Of a DNA stretch of 64,000 bases, positions 17,242 through 24,045 are shown piece after piece. The notes beneath the pieces were generated by a model. The model had not been told where the DNA came from and searched no databases. It worked only from the letters and a program-made list of their open reading frames with translations. The stretch's first letter is position 1. Every line of letters starts with the position of its first letter. The stretch spans positions 67,033 through 131,032 of the forward strand of contig CAYWJU010000002.1 of the NCBI GenBank assembly GCA_964458645.1, written 5' to 3'. The stretch comes from an uncultured Candidatus Peribacteria bacterium (GTDB lineage: Bacteria; Patescibacteriota; Gracilibacteria; Peribacterales; Peribacteraceae). Both the position numbers and the translations under genes were made by a program.

Positions 17242-20200
17242 TTAGCGATGCGGATTCAGCACGTCCGGCCAGGCAATCAGTGGCAAGCTCTTGTTTTCTT
17301 CGAACATCTGCAGCGCCTCCACCACGCGTTTGGCCAGCTGCACGTTGGTGATGAGTGGAATGCCGCGGTCGGTGGCGATGCGACGGATGAAGTAGCCGTC
17401 GGTCTTCTCGGTCGACGACACGTGCTGCGGAATGTTAATGACCAAATCCACCCGCTGATTTTCCAGGTACTCGCGGATATTGGGACTGCGCGGCTCCGAG
17501 ATCTTATAGAGGAGGGCACTCTTCAATCCGCGTGAGGCCAGGAATTCGTGTGTGCGGCCGGTGCAGAACAACGTGAAGCCCATTTTTTCCAACGCCGTAA
17601 TCGCCGGCAGCATGTCGACTTTGTCTTCGAGTTTTCCAATCGTCAGCAACACGTTCTTGCGCGGCATTTGGAAACCGATTGCACGCAGTGACAGCAGTAA
17701 TGCCTGTTCCACGTTGGCGCCGAAGCAGGCGACTTCTCCGGTGCTGGCCATTTCCACGCCCAAGCGCGGGTCGGCTCCTTTTAAGCGACTGAAGCTGAAC
17801 TGGGCTGCCTTCACGCCGACATGGTCCAAGTCCAGTGTCTGGTAGCGCTTGCTCGGATCAGCACGCTTCAGGAGCGCCTGCGTTGCGATCTTGGCGAAGT
17901 TCACACCCGTCACTTTGCTGGCGAACGGGAACGAACGGCTGGCACGCAGGTTGCACTCAATAACAAGCAGTCGGTTGTTCTTGGCCAGGAACTGGATGTT
18001 GAACGGACCGGAGATCATAAGCCCCTGGGCGATTTTCTTGGCGATGACTTTGATTTGGCGGAACGTCTCGATATTCACCCGTTGCGGCGGCAGCACGATG
18101 GTTGCGTCGCCGGAGTGCACACCGGCGTTCTCCACGTGCTCGCCGATGGCGTACAGAATCAACTTTCCGTTCTGTGCCACGCCGTCGAATTCAATTTCTT
18201 TGGCGCCTTCTTCGAACTTACTGATCACCACAGGCGCCTCTTTCGAAAGGCGAGTGGCATCTTCCAGGTAGCCTTTCAAGTCATCTTCATCGTGCACGAC
18301 CGCCATGGCTGCGCCGGACAGCACGTAACTTGGGCGCACAATGACCGGGAAGCCGACTTTGCGTGCAAATTGCTTGGCCGAACTCAGGTCGGCGAATTCT
18401 TTCCATTCCGGCTGACGGACATCCAGCGTATCCAGCAGGCCGCTGAATTTATGGCGATCTTCGGCTTGATCAATATGCTTCGGGTCCGTGCCGATGATCG
18501 GCACTCCCGCGGCGGCAAGTTTCGGCGCCAAGGAGTTCGGAATTTGCCCGCCCATGGAGACCACCACGCCGACTGGTTTCAACAGCCGCAGAATATCCAT
18601 GACGCGCTCGAAGGTGAGTTCTTCGAAGAACAGCACGTCGCATTCGTCGTAGTCGGTGGAGACGGTTTCGGGATTGCTGTTAATCATCGTCACCTCGTAG
18701 CCTTGGTTTTGCAGTTCATGTACGGCTTGGACGCAGCACCAGTCAAACTCCACCGATGAGCCGATGGAATACGGTCCGCCGCCCAGCACCACAATGCGTT
18801 CTCGTGGCAGCGTTTCGCCCACTCGGGGCTTGCGATCGTCGAAGTTCACGTCGTGGACGTTGCCGTTGTACGTAGCGAATAGATAGTTGGTCTGCGCTGG
18901 GAATTCACCAGCCAGCGTGTCGATCTGTTTGACGACCGGATGCATGTTCGCTTCCATGCGCTGATCCATAATGTCCTGCGCTTTGGAATCGCGGATGCTC
19001 GCAATGGAGGAGTCCGAGAAGCCGGCGCGTTTTGCCTCCAGCAGGAGTTCATTGGGCAGCGTTTTGGATTTGCCCTGGAAAATCTGATTGCGAATACGCG
19101 CACAGTGTTGAATGCGTTGCAGGAACCATCGGTCGATACCGGTCTCCTTATTAATTTCTTCGGGCGTCCATTCCTGGGCAAGTGCTTCGGCAATGGCGAA
19201 GATGCGACGCGGACTCGGACTCCTTACTTCATGCGGCAGATCCTTCTTGGAAACCTTGGTGACGATGGGATACAGACCCTGTGCGCCGATGTTCAACATG
19301 CGCATGGCTTTCTGCAATGCTTCCTCGAAGTTTCGGCCGAGCGCCATGACTTCGCCCACCGACTTCATTTCGCTGGTGATTTCGTCGCTTACAAAGGAGA
19401 ACTTCTGCAAATCCCAACGCGGCATTTTTACCGCCACGTAGTCCAGCGACGGCTCGAAGTCGGCGCACGTGACGCGGGTGATGGAGTTCTTTAACTTTGG
19501 CAGTGTGTAGCCCAGTGCAAGCTTTGCGGCTATGAACGCCAACGGGTAACCGGTGGCCTTGGATGCCAGAGCCGACGAACGGCTGAGGCGGGCGTTCACT
19601 TCAATAACGCGGTACGTGCGGCTTTCGGGGTGAAGTGCGTATTGAATGTTGCACTCGCCGACGATGCCAAGATGCCGAATGACCTTCGTCGCGATGTTAC
19701 GCAGCATTTGGTACTCGTAGTTGTCGAGCGTCTGGCTGGGGGCAACCACGATCGATTCGCCGGTATGAATGCCGAGCGGATCGATGTTTTCCATGTTGCA
19801 CACCGTGATGCAGTTGTCGGCGCAGTCTCGCACGACCTCGTATTCGATTTCTTTCCAGCCGGTCAGGTCTTCTTCCACCAGAACCTGGTGAGATTCTACG
19901 AACGCAACTTTCAGCAAATCTTTCAATTCTTCGGGAGTCTTGGCGCGGCCGCTGCCCTTGCCGCCCAGCGCGAATGCGGCGCGGATGATGAGCGGGAAAC
20001 CGATTTTCTGCGATGCGGCGATTGCGTCATCCATGCTTTCGCAGGCAAACGAACGCGGCACGTCCACGCCGATGCTTTTCAGTTCGGCATTGAACAACGC
20101 GCGGTCTTCGGTTTTCCGAATGGCGTCGGTGGAGGTGCCGAGCACGCGGATGCCGTACTTCTTCAATACGCCGCTTTCTTGTAATTTCAATCCGCAGTTC

Positions 20201-20544
20201 AGTGCCGTCTGTCCGCCGAAACTGAGTGCGATGGCTTGCGGTTTTTCGATTTGGATAATTTGCTCTACAAACTCCGGTTGCACCGGAACGAAGTACACGC
20301 GGTCGGCGAGCTTCCAGCTGGTTTGGTTGGTGGCGATGTTTGGGTTAATGAGCACAACGCGCTTGTTTTCCTCTTTAAATGCTTTGATCGCTTGGCTTCC
20401 GGAGTAGTCAAATTCGCCCGCTTCACCGATTTTGAGTGCGCCGGAACCGAGCAAAAGAATCGTCTCCTGATCGCCTGTTTTTGGAAAATCGTCACCCCTG
20501 TCCATTTCGGACACCGGGGTGCCGGTGTGGTCGGCGTTCTTCAT
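17242..20544 (-). CDS. carB: Carbamoyl-phosphate synthase large subunit
   Basis: 1100 aa with duplicated ATP-grasp halves. GSGALKIGEAGEFDYSGSQA... and VLGGGPYSIGSSVEFDWCCV..., plus a C-terminal MGS-like domain. Confidence 0.97.
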   Translation of the reverse strand: MKNADHTGTPVSEMDRGDDFPKTGDQETILLLGSGALKIGEAGEFDYSGSQAIKAFKEENKRVVLINPNIATNQTSWKLADRVYFVPVQPEFVEQIIQIEKPQAIALSFGGQTALNCGLKLQESGVLKKYGIRVLGTSTDAIRKTEDRALFNAELKSIGVDVPRSFACESMDDAIAASQKIGFPLIIRAAFALGGKGSGRAKTPEELKDLLKVAFVESHQVLVEEDLTGWKEIEYEVVRDCADNCITVCNMENIDPLGIHTGESIVVAPSQTLDNYEYQMLRNIATKVIRHLGIVGECNIQYALHPESRTYRVIEVNARLSRSSALASKATGYPLAFIAAKLALGYTLPKLKNSITRVTCADFEPSLDYVAVKMPRWDLQKFSFVSDEITSEMKSVGEVMALGRNFEEALQKAMRMLNIGAQGLYPIVTKVSKKDLPHEVRSPSPRRIFAIAEALAQEWTPEEINKETGIDRWFLQRIQHCARIRNQIFQGKSKTLPNELLLEAKRAGFSDSSIASIRDSKAQDIMDQRMEANMHPVVKQIDTLAGEFPAQTNYLFATYNGNVHDVNFDDRKPRVGETLPRERIVVLGGGPYSIGSSVEFDWCCVQAVHELQNQGYEVTMINSNPETVSTDYDECDVLFFEELTFERVMDILRLLKPVGVVVSMGGQIPNSLAPKLAAAGVPIIGTDPKHIDQAEDRHKFSGLLDTLDVRQPEWKEFADLSSAKQFARKVGFPVIVRPSYVLSGAAMAVVHDEDDLKGYLEDATRLSKEAPVVISKFEEGAKEIEFDGVAQNGKLILYAIGEHVENAGVHSGDATIVLPPQRVNIETFRQIKVIAKKIAQGLMISGPFNIQFLAKNNRLLVIECNLRASRSFPFASKVTGVNFAKIATQALLKRADPSKRYQTLDLDHVGVKAAQFSFSRLKGADPRLGVEMASTGEVACFGANVEQALLLSLRAIGFQMPRKNVLLTIGKLEDKVDMLPAITALEKMGFTLFCTGRTHEFLASRGLKSALLYKISEPRSPNIREYLENQRVDLVINIPQHVSSTEKTDGYFIRRIATDRGIPLITNVQLAKRVVEALQMFEENKSLPLIAWPDVLNPHR

Positions 20545-20553
20545 GTCCGCGAG

Positions 20554-20559
20554 ATCGTA
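20554..20559 (-). promoter_or_regulatory. -10 box TACGAT, 9 nt upstream of carB ATG 20544
   Basis: Minus-strand sequence gcTACGATctcgcggacATG. Confidence 0.4.
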
Positions 20560-20649
20560 GCTGCAGGATTCCCATCCTGCAACACCAATACTCGAACATC
20601 GGAAAAGATCGCGACAGATGTTCGGCTTTCGCCGATATTCGCAATGATT

Positions 20650-20871
20650 TTAGACTTCGTGTGCCATCAGCACACGCACTCCGGCTAGCATTTCTGTGCG
20701 GATATGCGTTGCCAATTCCTTACCGCGCAGACCGCTGTCGCGGCCGGACACCAGTGCCTCTTCGCCTGTGGCGATCACTTCGTCCACTGCGTCACCCGTA
20801 CGACTTCATCCGTCAGTGTGCTCGATGACGAGGCGTTCGGCATAGCGTGAGATGAATTCTGCTGCCTTCAT
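20650..20871 (-). pseudogene. Small ORF (21 + 51 codons) interrupted by an in-frame TGA at 20806-20808
   Basis: Own translation: MKAAEFISRYAERLVIEHTDG-TGA-SRTGDAVDEVIATGEEALVSGRDSGLRGKELATHIRTEMLAGVRVLMAHEV-TAA. No motif recognised. Confidence 0.25.
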
Positions 20872-21010
20872 ACCCGCACTCTAGGAATAGCAGCGTAACT
20901 GTCAAGAATTTGGCCATATGAGGCCAATTGATAGCATGTGTAGAGAAAATAACATTTCGTTCTTTTAATGTTCTCAAGAAACCCTGTCAATCATCGGAAT
21001 GACGCTTTTC

Positions 21011-21019
21011 TGCTACAAT
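21011..21019 (+). promoter_or_regulatory. Extended -10 TGcTACAAT upstream of ORF 21059
   Basis: Sequence match 40 nt upstream of the ATG. Confidence 0.45.
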
Positions 21020-21058
21020 AGTACGATTTCTTGAAGACCAACAACCCACACCCTTCCT

Positions 21059-22426
21059 ATGTATCTTCGACTCTCTCAGTTGCGCGTGTACCCCATGGCG
21101 ATTCTGCTGACCGTGTTCATGGGAAGTTTGTTCTCGCCGGTGTACGCCAATCAGGAGCCGTATGAACAAGACTTCGTCGTCACGGCGTACTACTCGCCGC
21201 TGCCGAATCAATGTTGTTATTTCCGCGGCAGCTACGAGGAGGAAATCACGTTCAACGGTCAGGGTGTGCGAGGTGCCGACGGCACCGGAGTGTATCCCGG
21301 CATGTTGGCCGGACCGCCGAGCTATTCTTTTGGAACGGCGATCGATCTGCAGGGCATCGGCGTGGGAACCATCCACGATCGCGGCGGCCGCATCATCGAG
21401 TGGGAGAACGATGTGCATCGTATCGATATCTGGATGGGCGAAGGTGAAGCCGGGCTTGCCCGTGCCATGGAATGGGGAGTGCGTCGCGTGAAGGGCACGG
21501 TCTATCCGCTTGGCACGAAGGCTCCCGCCGAGTCGATTGTTTTGGAGAGCTTTCCATCCAAGACCAGTTCCATCGCAAGCTTGGCAAAGACCGATGTACT
21601 TGCGTTGCTGCCAGGCCTGAAGCTGGATGACCAGCGTTATGGCGTGCGAATCTTGCAACAGCACCTGAAGGACCTTGGGCAATTCGACCGCGAAATTACC
21701 GGTACATTCGGCACCGCGACCCGTGATGCGTTGGCCGTGTTCCAGAAGGAGAGGGGATTGAACGGCGACGGCACCCTTGTGGATGAACGCACTGCAGCCG
21801 CACTGGTGGCATCGCTTCAAGTGCAACGTGGACGAGTGCCGGAATTGGCCGTGGGCCTTGAACCAGGTGCAGCCGGCGCTCAGGTGCGGCTTGCTCAACA
21901 GGTTCTGCGATACATCGGCGAGTACAAAGGGCGAACCGACGGCAACTACGACGACGATATGCGGGCCGCAGTCGTGCAGTTTCAGCGTGACAGTGGGTTG
22001 ATTCAGGACGAGACATCCAATGGTGCAGGGCGCATTGGCCCCGTGACCCAGCGCGCGATTCTGCATGCCTGGCGTGCCAAGCAATCTCGCCTGAAGACCA
22101 ATGTCGTCTTGCTCAAAATGAAAGTCGCTGCGCGCGTGAAGAACGATGTACTGCCATCCGGAACATTGGCCGAAGGTGCTCGCGGAACGGCTGTGAAACA
22201 ACTCCAGCTTGCACTTGGAAGGCTTGGATTCTTCTCTGCCAAGGAAGCCAACGCCAATTTCGGAACCAAGACCAAAGCCGCGCTCGTGACCTATCAGCTC
22301 GACCGCAAGATCGTGGACTCGCAGGACGCGCACGGCGCAGGCGTATTCGGTCCGGCCACGCGCCAAGCACTCTTGGCCGATGCTCTGGATGCTGAGTGGA
22401 GGAAGGTTCGCGGTAGTGGACTATAG
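21059..22426 (+). CDS. Secreted cell-wall protein: 3D (MltA-like) domain plus three PG_binding_1 repeats
   Basis: VVTAYYSPLP...GTAIDLQGIGVGTIHDRGGRI...IDIWMG (3D-like). Three repeats of the type GxxVxxLQxxLxxLGxxxxxxxGxFGxxTxxAVxxFQ. Confidence 0.8.
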   Translation: MYLRLSQLRVYPMAILLTVFMGSLFSPVYANQEPYEQDFVVTAYYSPLPNQCCYFRGSYEEEITFNGQGVRGADGTGVYPGMLAGPPSYSFGTAIDLQGIGVGTIHDRGGRIIEWENDVHRIDIWMGEGEAGLARAMEWGVRRVKGTVYPLGTKAPAESIVLESFPSKTSSIASLAKTDVLALLPGLKLDDQRYGVRILQQHLKDLGQFDREITGTFGTATRDALAVFQKERGLNGDGTLVDERTAAALVASLQVQRGRVPELAVGLEPGAAGAQVRLAQQVLRYIGEYKGRTDGNYDDDMRAAVVQFQRDSGLIQDETSNGAGRIGPVTQRAILHAWRAKQSRLKTNVVLLKMKVAARVKNDVLPSGTLAEGARGTAVKQLQLALGRLGFFSAKEANANFGTKTKAALVTYQLDRKIVDSQDAHGAGVFGPATRQALLADALDAEWRKVRGSGL

Positions 22427-22454
22427 ATAAATTTCGCACAGAGTTTCTTCCTTT

Positions 22455-22474
22455 CCACTTTTTTAAAAAAGTGG
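22455..22474 (+). terminator. AT-rich palindrome CCACTTTTTT/AAAAAAGTGG downstream of ORF 21059
   Basis: Perfect 20-bp palindrome 29 nt after the stop codon. Confidence 0.4.
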
Positions 22475-22672
22475 AGCAAAAACGTCGCGCGGCGGTCCGG
22501 CTGGCCACGCAGATCGCGATCTGTCGTGGCTGGCCTGCGCTCCACGCGCCTCACAGCCCTAAATTTCTTTGAAATTTTTCACGGTCTGTTTCGGCGGGAG
22601 CGCGACGGCACCAGCCCGATGCGCGACACTCCATCCCGTGTCCAACAAGCAGACAAGTACGAAAGGCATGTT

Positions 22673-22792
22673 GCGAGTTCTCTCACTCAATCCACCAAAG
22701 GGGTGGCGTGCGCTGCGCGCGGGGGTCTGCTGGAGGGCGCTCAGCGCACACGCGCTTTTTGGTTCCTTTTTGTCGCTCGGACAAAAAGGAAC
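22673..22792 (+). repeat. Structured repeat element, copy 1 (candidate ncRNA or MITE-like)
   Basis: Near-identical to the reverse complement of 50425-50557. Hairpins CCACC-aaagg-GGTGG, GTGCGCTG...CAGCGCAC and a perfect 13-bp stem GTTCCTTTTTGTC-gctcg-GACAAAAAGGAAC. Confidence 0.7.
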
Positions 22793-22820
22793 AGTCAATG
22801 TAAAAAGCGTGATTTCTTCA

Positions 22821-22829
22821 TGCTATACT
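22821..22829 (+). promoter_or_regulatory. Extended -10 TGcTATACT upstream of the RlpA-like gene
   Basis: Sequence match 14 nt upstream of ATG 22844. Confidence 0.45.
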
Positions 22830-22843
22830 TCGCGTCCAACGCT

Positions 22844-23914
22844 ATGCATCGCCTTCGAATCGCCGTAGTCATTGGCTGTGTCCTTAGTTCTTTTGCCGTG
22901 GCAGCAGCCGCGCCTGCAGCCATAACGCGTCGCGATGGTTTTCTGCTGGTATGGTCCAGTATTTTGCGTCCTGTGGATGCTGTGCGCGAGACGCCCTATC
23001 TGGATGTCCCCAAAGGTTCGGTCGGATTCGACGTCATCACCTATGCCAAGGCACGTGGGCTGACCATCGACGGCGAACACTTCTCGCCCGATGATCCACT
23101 GGTCGCACGCGACGCGGTGATTTGGCTGCTTCGCACGCGCAATCTGGAGCCTATCGACGCCGAGGGAAAGAAGGAGTTCCTGAAAGTCGTCGAGCCGGAA
23201 GATGCCGGTCTGCTGGCCGACAAGTACGGAATCAACACCTACGAGCCCGACCACATGCTCACGCAGGAAGAGCTACTTGGATTGATGAGAAAACTTGATG
23301 GCGCGCTGAATGCCGAGGTGCACGAGGCCAGCCTGTATTCAGAAAAATTCCATGGCAAAGGGACTGCGTTCGGCGAGACGTTTGATATGCATGCACTCAC
23401 TGCAGCACATCGCTCATTCCCGGCAAATACGCTGGTGAAGGTGACGAATGTCGAAAACAAGAAGAGCGTCGTCGTTCGTATCAATGATCGCGGACCGTTC
23501 GTACAGGGCCGAGATATGGACTTGAGTTTAGGTGCCTTCTTGCAGATTGCGGAGCGATCGAAGGGACGCATCGATACCACATTTGAGCGACTCGGCGATT
23601 CCACCATGGTGAACCGATGCGGCGATTCTTCTATGCAGAGACGGATCAGTCGTGATGTCATTTTGGCTCCCGGCATCCCGCATCGTTTTGCATTGGGCGA
23701 GGAATTGGCGTTATCGGCCAACAAGTTCTTCGTGGTGCGCGGCATTCGCTACCCCGACGGTACGCTACAGGATATGCAAGATTGGGTGAGTCCCGACGAG
23801 CATTTTTCCTTTTCCCCAAGCGCCGTAGGAGGCTATCAGTTCATCCTAGGAACCACTGCAGGGCGGCTTCGGACGTTGACCATGGAAGTTGCCGATTGCA
23901 CCACCGGAAGCTGA
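22844..23914 (+). CDS. rlpA: RlpA-like lytic transglycosylase (double-psi beta-barrel) with N-terminal SLH-like repeats
   Basis: [61 protein letters not shown]. Signal peptide [22 protein letters not shown]. An alternative ATG lies at 22820. Confidence 0.85.
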   Translation: MHRLRIAVVIGCVLSSFAVAAAAPAAITRRDGFLLVWSSILRPVDAVRETPYLDVPKGSVGFDVITYAKARGLTIDGEHFSPDDPLVARDAVIWLLRTRNLEPIDAEGKKEFLKVVEPEDAGLLADKYGINTYEPDHMLTQEELLGLMRKLDGALNAEVHEASLYSEKFHGKGTAFGETFDMHALTAAHRSFPANTLVKVTNVENKKSVVVRINDRGPFVQGRDMDLSLGAFLQIAERSKGRIDTTFERLGDSTMVNRCGDSSMQRRISRDVILAPGIPHRFALGEELALSANKFFVVRGIRYPDGTLQDMQDWVSPDEHFSFSPSAVGGYQFILGTTAGRLRTLTMEVADCTTGS

Positions 23915-24045
23915 TCTCGTCATCCTTGACTTTCATGAGTTCTCTGAACTCCTTGGTATGGCTTTCTTGTGCCAAAAACGCTGTATTTGTTCGGGTTTTT
24001 ATGATAGAATACTAGGATTTATGTCTATAAGATAAATCACACAGA

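Noticed and set aside
20806-20808. UGA reassignment (genetic code 4 or 25) as the explanation for the in-frame TGA.
   Set aside because: Long conserved genes (carB 1100 aa, leuS 817 aa, ftsK, helicase) are uninterrupted under the standard code. TGA also terminates dnaG and the MutY-like gene at the expected protein ends.
22427-22843. Housekeeping RNAs (RNase P RNA, tmRNA, SRP/4.5S, 6S) hidden in the two long non-coding gaps (22427-22843 and 50373-50859).
   Set aside because: I looked for GGAAAGTCCGG and ACAGAAYCCGGCTTA (RNase P), GGTTCGAWTCC...CCA and a tag ORF (tmRNA), and GGTCCGGAAGGAAGCAGC (SRP). I found none of these. This cannot be excluded without covariance-model searches.
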